DNA of 63,550 nt, the filler included, from Octopus bimaculoides (taxonomy: Eukaryota), in NCBI RefSeq assembly GCF_001194135.2. It is 5 parts of 5 records of this genome, joined end to end, with 100 filler letters (N's around TTAATTAATTAA, not from the genome) between each part and the next. Parts side by side here need not be neighbours in the genome. Positions count along the whole stretch, not along the records: positions 1 to 24,437 come from NC_069009.1; 4 more parts are not named here. One strand, 5' to 3'. Below, one piece after another: positions 1-11,752 of this stretch. Position 1 is the first letter of the stretch; the number at the start of each line of letters is the position of its first letter. The position numbers and the translations under genes were made by a program. A model generated the notes under the pieces. That model was not told where the DNA came from, did not search any database, and was given only the letters and a program-made list of their open reading frames with translations.

Positions 1-683
1 ATATAAATATATATATATATATATATATAAATGTGGTGCTTCAGCATGGCAGCAGTCAAATGACTGAAACAAGTAAAAGAGTAAAAGAGTACCCAAGACA
101 AAAAGATTAACAAGAAAAAATAAAATGATAAATATTTTATCAGAAATATCATCAACGAAACTGGTCCAACTTACAAAATCCATAAATTGGTAAGATTTTC
201 AAAGAATCTTCGTTCAATAATCGAGATTTTATTATTGCCTACATATCTGTTAAGTAAAAAAATAAAAATTGATAAAAATAGTATACAAGAGAATTGGCAA
301 TTAGATGCAGAAGTAGAAGAAAAAGTGGATGCGAAAGAATTAGATGAAGAAGATGATGGTAAGAATATGACTGATTATGAAGGTGAATGATGATGAGAAA
401 TGATGAAAATAATGAAGTTGATGATGTTGGTGGTGGTTGTGATAATATTGCTGCTGCAGAATATTATGATGAGGGATAATGATGATGGTGATGGTGATGA
501 TAATAATGAGGAGGAGGATGGCGTTGATGAAGATGGTGCTAATAAGGATCGATAATGATGATAATGATTAATAAGCAAGATATTGTACAAAAGACAATGA
601 GAAGGATGATCCCGATCCTGACCGTGGCGATTCTGATGATGGTGAAAATATAGAAAAATTAGAATAGAAAGAGTTGGATGATA

Positions 684-1489
684 CAGGGTTGGACAAAATA
701 ATGGAAATAGCTAGCATCATAATTTTGAAATATCTATAAAACCGCCAAAAGCTTGTTTATGTTTATGTATTTTTAGTTATTATTAGGGTTGTTTAATGTG
801 CTGGTTTTTATTCAGATTTTATCAGAAAAAGGTAATTAAAATTCATTAAAATAACAGATATATTTGATTTTCAAAGAGGTAAAATTGTTGGTGCTCGTAT
901 GGCAAGCCCTAGTGTAAAGAAAACAGCTGAAATATTTGGTGTGTCAAGAAGTACTGTCTCGAAAGTAATGACAGCCTTTGAGAAAGAGGGGAAAATCCTC
1001 CTCGTCGAAACACAACTCCGAAAGAAAACCAAATCTTTCAGATAAGGACCATCGGAGTCTTACGTGAATTGTGAGACACGATCATACTAGTACAGCTCCC
1101 AAAATTACTACAGAGCTAAATGACCACCTCGTGAACCCATGTGGTCCCAGCATTGGTCCCTAGAGCAGTGGAAGAATGTTATTTTCTGAGACGAGTCATC
1201 CATTACCTTATTTCCGAAAACCGAGTATATGTTTGGAGACAGTCAAAAGAAGCATTTAACCGAGACAGCCTTCAGCCAACTGTTAAATATGGAAGAAGAT
1301 CTGTGATGATCTGGAGGGGGTAATATCTTGGAAATCTGCCGGCCCAATGATTCCCCTTCATGGTAGAGTTAATAGTCAAGACTAGGGATGATAATGCACC
1401 AATTTACATGACTAAATTTGTTACTGAATGGCACGAGGGACATTCTAGTGAAGTTGAATATCATATCTGGCCACCACAGTCCCCAGATC
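684..1489 (+). mobile_element. Degenerate Tc1-like DNA transposon (left TIR plus broken transposase), ends at an N gap
   Basis: TA followed by CAGGGTTGGACAAAATAATGGAAA at 682-707. From 866: DFQRGKIVGARMASPSVKKTAEIFGVSRSTVSKVMTAFEKEGK (HTH-like). Then VWRQSKEAFNRDSLQPTVKYGRRSVMIW, DNAP and WPPQSPD in shifted frames, all Tc1 DDE motifs. Confidence 0.85.
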
Positions 1490-3052
1490 NNNNNNNNNNN
1501 NNNNNNNNNNNNNNNNNNNNNNNNNNNNNNNNNNNNNNNNNNNNNNNNNNNNNNNNNNNNNNNNNNNNNNNNNNNNNNNNNNNNNNNNNATACATATATA
1601 TATATATATATATGTATCCATATAACATACACCCATATAAATATATAACTTAACCTTGACAACTTTGGTAGGTTTCAGACAGTATAGGTCCAGATTATGT
1701 CTAACAATATAGCAGCACATATAGAATATGTGAGTTTAGTTCATTGGTGATTTAAACGATTAGGTACGCTTGGTAAGTGCTACAAGCTCGTAACCAAGAC
1801 AGGAGCTATGAAACAATTTTAGATTTGTATATTTGTGAAAGAGGATAACAAACGTCCAGACATAACAAGTATCTCACGTCATATACATTATTATTAGATG
1901 TCAAATAATTTAAGAATAATAATGTATATGACTCCAGATAATTGTTAAACATTGGTGTTTATTGTCCCCTTTCACAAATATACAAATATAATAACATGTA
2001 TACATATTGGTTCTATGAGCAACTTACACAAGAATAAAGGGTGTCACCTCGTTGGCGCACACATATTACAAAAATCTTCAAATCTACTTGTTTTATCCGA
2101 TGTGGGTTGTTCTGTTTCATCTACTTGCGCTTCATTCCTTGCTTTACTATCTCAGATGTAGAATACAATGGCTTACTATTTCATACTGATAGACAAGTTT
2201 TCTTTTCTTTAGACAGGTGTCTAACCTTATGCTTTCTAATTTCAAAGACAGTTGCTACACCGTCCGTCTACGTCCCACATCCTCTCCTGATATGTGTAGT
2301 CTATCTGTAATAAATTATTTTTCGTTTTGTTAAACCTACTGAGAATACTCTATTATTTTAGTGCTCGTCCACTAAAATGTTGATGAGGGCCTGGCCGAAG
2401 TACCTCTCTTAAATCATTTCTTATTTGTGTCGTTGACAACTTTTAATGATAAAACATTTTAACATTTGGCGATGCGTAGATCGAATTTTAAACAACACTA
2501 TATTCCGATATGATCAGAATGATCAATGTTATTCGCCCATGTTTGCATTTGGGCATTGAACATATCGAGCTGGACGCAACTGAATAGGTTTGAAATGCTA
2601 TAATACTTCACCTGTCTCCTACTAGTTGTCTGCATACAGCCCACACTTAATGCGAGAAAAACGGTTGACGCACAAAATACCTTAGTTATAATTTTTGTGG
2701 CTCACAGCTTTGGTGTCATAAGTTGGTCCATCAGTGAGATCGGTGACAATGGTTCAATAATATGCAAGTTCCAGGCTGACTGTTCCACGAAGGAAACGTA
2801 GTGCTCCTACAACTTCTTTGAAATTGCATTTGCAAAAGAAGTTGACACTTAAGTAAATGACAAGTAAATATAATGACAGGTGGAGAAATGTGGCAAGGAA
2901 GACCAAGCTAGCACCTGTAGGCTGAAAAATACATAGTAGAATGGAGCGCTTGTCATCGTACTCATGTTGGATATGATGGACTTGGATCTGTGAGTCTACT
3001 TATACATCAAAACCGTTGTGTTTTTATTGTCCTAAAAAGTGGACAACAACGG

Positions 3053-3306
<254 letters not shown>

Positions 3307-3544
3307 GAATGATAGATCAGTGCAGACCATCAAAGACACACTGGCTCACAAATATACGCAATCAAGTATGTGCATCATGACTTTTACCCGCCTGAGAAGG
3401 GAACACCAGAAAAATACATCACAAATATATGTGCATGATATGGTGATATAATATCAAGATAAACAGTGCACGATCTTGCAGGTATGATCCAAGTAGAATC
3501 TACTTCAGGTCGATGAGTGAATCCCTCACAAAAGTGTGCCTACA

Positions 3545-3660
3545 TTCCGCCGAGGTTGACAATGCATTTCATCGTTTCGATGTCGATGAAATAAGAACCA
3601 GTTACTAGGGTCGGCGTAAGCGAATAACCCCTTCCCCAACAAAGATTTTCAAGTATTTGT
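3545..3660 (+). mobile_element. Degenerate SINE core (same family as 43328-43550)
   Basis: ttccgccgaggttgacaatgcatttcatcgtttcgatgtcgatgaaataagaaccagt resembles ttccgccgaggtcgactttgcctttcatcctttcggggtcgattaaataagtaccagt. Confidence 0.65.
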
Positions 3661-4204
3661 GCCTAGCTGGCTTCTGATCTTAACTGATTGGAAGTGTTAT
3701 CATATATATTGTTTAGTCTTGGTATAAAGGAAGGGCCACAGCAAGTACTGTGCTCAGTACCTCAGATTTGCTGGTCAGTTGCTTGACTTTAACCATTGGA
3801 GTTTGTCCATTGTAGCTGACAATGCGTGAATTTGTGATGACGAACAGAAGTAGTGAGTGAGCAGCATAGCCATTTGTTGAGAGGAATTCTTTGGGGTTTG
3901 AATAATACACACCTGGAAACATGGGTACTTTGTTCAAAATTCTTAAATAAACCTTATTCAGGGACCATTTGAGCAGGATGGCCTACTCAACCTGAAGAAA
4001 ATGCTAACTGGGCCCCACTTGCACTGTTTATGCGCTGTTTATCTTGATATGAGATTACTATGTCACACACATATTGGTGTGATGCATGAGCCTGGTGTAC
4101 ACTTATCAGACTAGTGTCACTTTGATGTGTTGCTCTGCTCTCTCATTCAGTAGTAGTAGTAGTAGTAGTAGTAATAATAATAATAATAATAATAATAATC
4201 ATTA

Positions 4205-5504
4205 TTATTTTCATATTCATAAGAGATTAGACTGTTGGAAAAGAAAAAATGGTAGCATCGGCTACAAATAGTAGCCCTAGATGCCAAGAACTCTCCTAAG
4301 TATCCTAGTTGTCTAAAATAAAACTGTTTTCTGCTGCTGTACTAAACTGGGTTTTATGCAATTTCCTCTGTTCATCTGTTCAGTCCTTTAGTGTTAGATC
4401 CCAATGAACCTATAACTACTGGGATGAATTTTACCCACACTTTCCATAGTCACTGTAATTCAAGCACTAGATCATTTTACTTTGCTATTTTTTCTATGTT
4501 CTCATATTGAGTTTTCCATCATATGTAGCTGTAATTATCTGGCATTTTCTGTCCTCTTTATTTTCGACTATCAAATAAGGCTTTCTACCTTCTATTACTC
4601 TGTTCATGTGAATTTTAAAGTCCAACATCTTGATTTCTTAGTTTTTAAGTCTTTACTAGGTTAATTTTCATACCATTTATTAGTATGTACAAATCCTAGC
4701 ATTCTACATATCTTCTAGCACATTACTCTCTCTAGGTTGTCATGTCTTTTATTCTTTCTGTGCCAGCATGTTACATTCATTTACTGTATGAGTAATGCTT
4801 TCCTCTTTTGACTTGCATACCCTGCATTAGGAATCTTTTTGTTTTTTGTCTATCTTGTTTTTATCCAATTAGTCCTTAATGTTTGATCTTGTGCAGCTAC
4901 AAAGAAACATTCCATCTCCCTTTTCAGCCTTCCTTTCGGCAACCATAGCCATGTCTCAGTACTACTATTTGCTACAACTATCCTTGGGAATATACCATGC
5001 AACTACTTCTCTTATCAGTCAGATAATTTCGGTTCTCGTTTTGAATTTCGTTTGGGATTTTTTGTTTCTCTTTGTCTTGCCGTGACTCAAGCAGCTTTTA
5101 ATAAAATTTTCTTCAATATCACCTACATAAGAGTCTATATCTACTTTATCTAACACCACATAGTCTTCTGCATTCCTTTCTATGTAAGTATAATCTTGCT
5201 ACTCCTGCCCTAGAGTGGGGTCCTCCATTCATCTTGAATTCCTTCATAGCTCTTCTAATTCAACTTTTTGTCCAGTGTACAAACGGCGCTGAGTATCTAA
5301 GTAATGATACTATCCAAGTATTTACAGCCTTCCCTAGATTCGGAACATTTATCTTTGACTTCATTAGCTTCTGCACCTGCTGATGTAATCCTTCTCACTT
5401 TCAGTTTTCATTTCTATAGTTTTTACTTTGTCAGATTCTAATATTCCCAGATACTCATAACTCTTTCCTCCTTTCAAGGATATTAATGTCTCACCATCTA
5501 GTAA
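4205..5504 (-). mobile_element. 3' part of an R4/Dong-like (restriction-like endonuclease) non-LTR retrotransposon, pseudogenised
   Basis: Minus-strand translations across frameshifts: SYEYLGILE, NLGKAVNTWIVSLLRYSA, LKREMECFFVAAQDQTLRTNWIK, HTVNECNMLAQKE*RHD (CCHC/RHD region), FIPVVIGSLG and ILRRVLGI*. This is the motif order of the R4-clade ORF C-terminus. A short (AAT)n tail follows. Confidence 0.8.
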
Positions 5505-5973
5505 NNNNNNNNNNNNNNNNNNNNNNNNNNNNNNNNNNNNNNNNNNNNNNNNNNNNNNNNNNNNNNNNNNNNNNNNNNNNNNNNNNNNNNNNNNNNNNNN
5601 NNNNNNNNNNNNNNNNNNNNNNNNNNNNNNNNNNNNNNNNNNNNNNNNNNNNNNNNNNNNNNNNNNNNNNNNNNNNNNNNNNNNNNNNNNNNNNNNNNNN
5701 NNNNNNNNNNNNNNNNNNNNNNNNNNNNNNNNNNNNNNNNNNNNNNNNNNNNNNNNNNNNNNNNNNNNNNNNNNNNNNNNNNNNNNNNNNNNNNNNNNNN
5801 NNNNNNNNNNNNNNNNNNNNNNNNNNNNNNNNNNNNNNNNNNNNNNNNNNNNNNNNNNNNNNNNNNNNNNNNNNNNNNNNNNNNNNNNNNNNNNNNNNNN
5901 NNNNNNNNNNNNNNNNNNNNNNNNNNNNNNNNNNNNNNNNNNNNNNNNNNNNNNNNNNNNNNNNNNNNNNNNN

Positions 5974-6130
5974 NCGACATCTCACTTCCGACGACTTGAC
6001 TCAACAGAACTCCTCAACGTCTAGTCTACCGTCGGCTTCGGCTCCCTCTACGCGACCCGTCTAGCTATCACGTCCACTATTTATACGTATTGGACTAGCC
6101 CACTTATCGTCTAGGGGCGACCACACAACA
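5974..6130 (-). repeat. 3' LTR (partial, runs into the N gap)
   Basis: Starts TGTTGTGTGG on minus directly after the PPT. 5974-6030 aligns with 10020-10073. Confidence 0.8.
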
Positions 6131-6142
6131 CTTCCTCCTTTT
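6131..6142 (-). promoter_or_regulatory. Polypurine tract
   Basis: AAAAGGAGGAAG on minus, immediately 5' of the LTR-start TG. Confidence 0.8.
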
Positions 6143-6669
6143 GAGAGTTTTTTTTTCTAAAACCCAAATCAATTTTATATCCTTGGTGAGAAACTGGCAT
6201 ATCTTTTTCTCTTATCGTTAATTTCCATCACTTCTGTAGGTATTCTCTTCCTGTCTGACCTACGTGTCGGTTCTACTTCTGCTTGTGGTTCTGGGACCTT
6301 GAACAAATCATACCATATATCCATTGGTTCCTCTAGCCTCTCTTGATTTTTGGTATATCTTTTTTTATTGGTTTATATGGTTTCTGTGTTCATACTTTGG
6401 TCCTTTTACCATGTACATCACGTTACCCAGACGTCCAGGTATACTTCCTTGTTCCCAGTCCTGTTTTCCGTTTCTGTATATTTTAAAATACATTTCATCA
6501 CATGTGTTAAAAAATTTCGTTCTTCCCAAAATTTCTATTTTCTATTTCCTACTCGGCAACAATTTATCAAGAATAGAACGAATTTTTCTGGAAAACATCA
6601 AATCTGCTGGAGACATACCCGACTCTGCATTTGGATTCGGTGTTACTCTATACACCTGCAAAAACTTTG

Positions 6670-7185
6670 TCATATTTGTATCTTCAAGAATTTCCCGTCA
6701 GGAAAGTATGGCGGAGTTAAAACATGTTTCATTTGAACCGACTTACAGAATCTTTCGATCTCCTTCGCCGTGAATTGTGTACCATTATCTGACACGATCG
6801 TATCTGGCACCCCATAACGAGCGAATAATTCTTTCAAGAAGTTAATCGTTACACTTGTGGTTGGCCTTGACCATTTGCACACTTCAGGCCATTTGGAATA
6901 GCTATCCACAACGATAATATAATGAGAGCCATTTATTGATCCTGCGAAATCCACACGCAGTCTAGACAATGCAGAATCCGTGCTTGGCCACGGTTGAATC
7001 TGCAATGGGGGCACCTTTGCTGCCATAGCGCATCCCCTACACTGTTTTAACAGTCTCTCAATTTGCTTGTCCATATTCGGCCAATAAATGTAACTCCTCA
7101 AGAGGCTCTTCATCCGCACAATCCCCGGATGTCCTACATGGAAGTCTTTTAATACTCTATATTGCAGCGCTTCGGGTATTACCAA
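6670..7185 (-). pseudogene. Gypsy integrase (zinc-binding and core domains), truncated after TPPY
   Basis: HVGHPGIVRMKSLLRSYIYWPNMD, CRGC, DSYSKWPEV, SDNGTQF, TPPYF. The usual HPQSNG.AE segment is absent. Confidence 0.9.
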
Positions 7186-7188
7186 TCT

Positions 7189-8730
7189 TTATGCATATAA
7201 TAATACCTCATCACATACTGAATAGTACTTTGAACCTACGTCCCGCTCCTTTATATTTTTCATGTTACTCAACATTTTAAAAATCTTGTTTATATACCTA
7301 TCTTTTCCTGATTTCAATTTAATTTGTTCCAGCGTTACCGGCAAATCATGTACTACAAAGCACAAAATGTTCTTCAGGTCAATTTCTAGTTTTAACGATG
7401 CAATCACCGTGTCTTCAAAAGGTTCCTCATATTTCGGAATTAGCAGCCTAGACAACCCGTCTGCGTGTCCCGTTTTCATAGATGGCAAAAACTCTATCTG
7501 GAAGTCGTAGTTCAACAGGATAGTCACCCAGCGCTGTAAGCGGTTTGCTGAGTGCGTGGGGATACACTTTTTCCAATCGCAAATAGACAGTAACGGTCGG
7601 TGATCCGTTTGCAGTGTAAACTTCCTCCCATGTAAGAATTTATGGAATTTTTTGACTGCGAAGATTAACGATAACGCCTCTTTTTCAATCTGGCTGTAGT
7701 TTCTTTCTGCTGGTAACAGAACTCTCGAAGCATGTGCAATAACTTTGATTTTACCATCATTAATTTATGCAATATCACAGCTCCTATTCCATATTCACTG
7801 GCATCTGATACCAAAATTATTTTCAGGTTTGAGTCGAAATGAGTTAATGATAATTCTAGTGTTAACAGCTTTTTTCGTTTGTCCAATTCCATTTCAAGTA
7901 CTTCTTTAGCAACTTGTTCAAAGGAACTCTTAGCTCATACATTTTAGGTGTGTACAACTATTAATAACTTACTAGACCTAAAAATGCTTGTAGTGTTGTT
8001 TTGTTAGTGGGAGCAGGCATTTTTTGTATCGCGTCGATCCTAGAAGGGTCAAGTTTTCGTCCGGTTTCGTCCGATTTTTCGTCCGTTTTCGTTTGAAAAC
8101 CTCTACTATATGTTGGTCCCTCGATTCACTTTTGATAAATATGTCATCCAAATATGGGACCGCGAATTCACAATCTGCTAGTATAGTATCCATCACTTGC
8201 TGAAATATTGCTGGTGAGACCGTACCCCAAATGGCAGTCTTTTGAAACGGTAGAGACCTTTATGAGTATTGATTGTTAATACTTTAGCACATTCTTCATC
8301 TGCCAGTAATTCGAGGTAGGCCCTTGACAAATCCAGCTTGGAAAACATTTTCCTACCATTGCACTTAGCAAATATTTCTGCTGGGTTTGGAAGCGGATAA
8401 TTTTATTTTTTTAAACAATCATTGAGACCAGTTGAGAAGCCCGCGTGTACTCTTATTTCGTTGTTCTTTTTTACCTATACATTAGGAGCCACCCACTCAG
8501 AGTAGACTAACAATCTTTTTAATTCCTTCTCAACTTGATTTAACGCTACAAAATGTACATTCCTTTTCGGTTTGAACACCGGCACCGCATTTTCTTTCAA
8601 CTCAAACTTTACTTTGATTTTTTTACACGTACCGAGTTCTTTCGAAAACACATCAGGGTACATCTTTTTCAATTTTAACTTCAATTTTTCCGATGCTTTC
8701 TCTGACACGGACTGTGACACATTCACCTTA
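7189..8730 (-). pseudogene. Gypsy RT and RNase H, frameshifted
   Basis: PVFKPKR, YSEWVAP, AVPYLDDIFI, DASEYGIGAVILH, ILLNYDF, GHADGLSRL. Confidence 0.9.
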
Positions 8731-8801
8731 TTACATTGTGTATTCAGTGGTAGATCCCGAATTCTTCCATTAAATCTGTCCCGAACAAATTCATTGTATT
8801 C

Positions 8802-9095
8802 TTAGATACTATTAGTTTTCTTTTCCGTGTCAAGTACCTCTGGTGAAATTTCGCCCAAGAATTGAATTTGTTCCCCTGACACACTGTGAGCTATCCTAAT
8901 AATTTTTTGATACACCAGCCTGCCTATCTTACTCCATGCTGCTATATATATTATCGATACGTCTGAACCGGTATCTAATTGCATTTGGGTCTGAAAACCA
9001 CTTATTTCTACCAAAACAAATTTTCGATTTTGTATGGTATAATTTACTTTTGTTGAGTAGACTCCTTTGGTTTTACAATTTTCTTCGACCGGCAT
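8802..9095 (-). pseudogene. Gypsy aspartic protease
   Basis: MQLDTGSDVSII active-site motif. Confidence 0.88.
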
Positions 9096-9215
9096 TTCGT
9101 CTGTATATGTCCAATTTTACCACACTTAAAACAGGTTTTATCTTTAAAGGGTCAAACTTTTCTCAAATGTCAGTCTCCACAACCATAGCAGGGTTTTGAA
9201 TTTATATATTTTTTT

Positions 9216-9932
9216 CTATCTGTACTTTTTTTTACACATTTGTACATTCTTATTATAGTCTTCTATTTTTCTCATATCATGCTGAAGGTTTATTATTTGT
9301 TGGCATTCCTCAGCTACTTTCTGCAAGGTTAGTTTCACATCTTGATTCAGCTTTGATAATATTCTTTTTCTAATTTCCGGGTCTTCCATTGCTACCAGCC
9401 CTTTAACGAATATTAGGCGCTTGAACATATCTGGCGTTAATTCTTCCAGCTTAAACCTTTTGCAAGCCTTATTAACCATGCCGGCATATGTTACAAATTC
9501 GTCGGACTCGTTTTTCTTTAAATTTAAACATTCCAACCGAATGATAAACTGCGAACTTTTCTTGCTAAAAATATTGGTCAAAATATTTATCGTTTCATCA
9601 AAAATTAATTCCGCGGGCTTTCTCGGCAAAATAAAATTACAAAAACTTTCGTGTTCCGGAGTAGCAAGCTTTCGCAAAGGGAGCCTTACCTTCCTTTCAC
9701 TAGACCTTCCCTTGCATTCCTCTCGGAATATGTCTTCGAATCGTCTGTAATATGCAGCAAAAGTAGTTCCTTCATCTCGATTGTAGTGAAATTCTTCGAT
9801 GAAATTTGCAACACCGTCCGCTGAAAATGATTCCGTCGTATTTCTCGACTGCAGTAACAATTCTATTAACTACTGTAGTTGCTGCCGTTGCTGCTCTTGT
9901 TGTTTGAGAATTGCTTTCCGTATCTCTTCCAT
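9216..9932 (-). pseudogene. Gypsy gag with an in-frame stop near the N-terminus
   Basis: ATG at 9932 gives MEEIRKAILKQQEQQRQQLQ*, then FHYNRDEGTTFAAYYRRFEDIF...LTPDMFKRLIFVKGL, similar to Mag-type gag. Confidence 0.8.
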
Positions 9933-9949
9933 TTCGGTAATATTCGAAA

Positions 9950-9960
9950 CCTCGTCGCCA
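9950..9960 (-). promoter_or_regulatory. Primer-binding site TGGCGACGAGG (consistent with a tRNA-Ser(GCT) 3' end)
   Basis: Lies 1 nt after the LTR-terminal CA on minus. The tRNA identity is from recalled tRNA 3' ends and is not verified. Confidence 0.75.
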
Positions 9961-9961
9961 A

Positions 9962-10073
9962 TGTTATACCGCACGTTCGGATGGCGTGCCTTCGCCAATA
10001 ATGTACCTCTACTCAACTACCGAACTCTCACTTCGGACGACCCGACGCAACAGAACTCGATGTCTAGTCTACC
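9962..10073 (-). repeat. 5' LTR (3' portion), interrupted at 10073/10074 by the ORF1-only array
   Basis: Homology to the 3' LTR stops exactly at gtctagtctacc. Confidence 0.8.
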
Positions 10074-11745
10074 ACTCTTCTTTTTATTTTGGCACTACAG
10101 CCACTACACAGAGGGGGACATTACAAGGACAGACAATACAGTACAACCTGTGGGGTACATTTAACGAATGTTGGCATGAATTATTTAAATGAAAAGATAA
10201 AATGTCTTACGAGCTCCCCAAACCTCGCAGTTTCATTTAGCTGTTCTCTTATACAGTTTTTGTACAGTTTATGATCTTTTTTATTTCACAATTGTTATAT
10301 GTGGCAATAGATCCTCTGTCGTCACAACGTTTGGCAGATTATCGTAGCCCACATATAACCTACTCGCTGTAACATCTTGCGGATACATCTCTTTAAGTCT
10401 CTTCATCACCTCCTCTTCCACCAATAAAGCTTTCTTATATTCTTCAAACATTTCAGGATCTAATTTTACTCTTATTAGTCCTTTTATTTTTGATATCTTC
10501 TTCTCCATCTCTATATCCTTTGTATAGTAAATTAACGTTCGGTAATGTCTTCTTTTCGGTTGTTCAAATATCATTGCTTCATACAACTTCTCTTGTACTT
10601 TCTTCTCCTACTCGTCTCATTTCATCGTTTTTTCGGGGTCTCTTACATTTTTATACTCTTGTTCTTGGGTTCAATTCTCAGTAGTTTCCCTGAGGTTTCC
10701 CTTTCCTCTGCCGTCTTCTTTTTTCCTTTCTTTATTATTATTATTTTTTTTTTGGTGGCAGCGATTCGATCCGCATTCGCTTTCTCTGTTGCTGTCTCTT
10801 CTGCGTTTTTCTCTTGTTCCTCTCTTTCTTCTTCCATTTTTTCTCTTCTTCCACCTTATTTTCTTCTTCCACCATGTTTCTTCTTCCGCCGTTACACCTT
10901 CACTGACCTCTGTTTCCTCTATCTCTCTTAGGGGACACACGGCCTTCATGTGTCCCCTACTTCTGTATTTGTAGTATATGGGTGGCCTCTCCTCCACCAC
11001 GACCCTCAGTCGGGTGTCATTGGGGAACACCAAAACCTCCGCGATCTTGTGCAGGTCTGGTAGGGTTATATGGGTTAAAATTTCTAACCCCAAACCCCAC
11101 CAGTTGATCTCTTTAGATTTCTCCACTTTCACAATCTCCACCTCGTCTTTGCAATTAAAAATTACTGCTGCAACCAACCATTCGACGTCTATCTCCGGTG
11201 GTATTCTTCCTACCCTTATTCCCGCTACTCTTCGGCCGCTGTATACCGATAAAAGTGCCCACTTATCTGTTCTCAGAGGTACAGTGGAGTACCTCTTCAC
11301 CTCTTCCTCGCTCTTAAAATGTACCCCCACTGTACCATATTTTTTGCCTCTCGTGTAAAAAGCTGTCACGTCCATAATTTCACATAGGCATTCTTCAATA
11401 TCGTCCACCTCGGCTTTCTTAATTCTTTTTGTATTCACATTTATCGTCTTATAAGTTATTTTCTTCTCGGTTTTATCTGCGGCTTCGTTAGGTGGAGTAA
11501 CCCGTAGATAGTCTCCCTCCTTCTTCATAAATTCGAAGTGTTTCTTTGACTTTTTCATTTCAATTTTTACCTCTTTCGTTTCCATAGCGTCGGCTGACCG
11601 GCGTTTGCCCACCGCGGACGCGTAGCTAGTAGTCTGCATACCTGCACACTAGGTATACAAGCAATTCACAAATTTTCAACAAAAATTCATAACAGCCAAA
11701 GGTTCAACGATTTCCAACAACAATTTGCAACAATTAACTCACGAT
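10074..11745 (-). mobile_element. ORF1-only Tx1/L1-like retroelement, copy A (HAL1-like organisation)
   Basis: TTG-rich leader, ORF1 (10671-11639, continuing by frameshift to 10281), about 200 nt 3' UTR ending AATAAAAAGAAGAGT. No endonuclease or RT between the ORF1 stop and the tail. Confidence 0.75.
10281..11639 (-). pseudogene. ORF1p-like nucleic-acid-binding protein, copy A (RRM-like region, degenerate CCHC, K/E-rich linker, C-terminal domain)
   Basis: SYASAV; RGKKYGTVGVHF; IRVGRIPPEI; RLRVVVEERPPIYYKYRSRGHMKAVC (knuckle with two C-to-Y changes); KIKGLIRVKL...YDNLPNVVTTEDLLP*. Confidence 0.75.
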
Positions 11746-11752
11746 ATGTACC

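Larger units (their letters stand above)
5974..10073 (-). mobile_element. Ty3/Gypsy LTR retrotransposon (Mag-like), decayed; gag-PR-RT-RH-IN order
   Basis: Two related LTR segments, a PBS, a PPT, and gag, LDTGS protease, YLDD RT, DAS RNase H and HHCC/DDE integrase motifs in Gypsy order. Confidence 0.93.

Noticed and set aside
2020-2440. Possible Penelope-like end (ttgatgagggcctggccgaag); similar hints at about 26740 and 54585
   Set aside because: Only short resemblance, with no RT or GIY-YIG sequence recognised.
2460-2870. Possible decayed LINE RT on minus (LYAD, IYASP)
   Set aside because: Only two short motif-like words; not enough to call.
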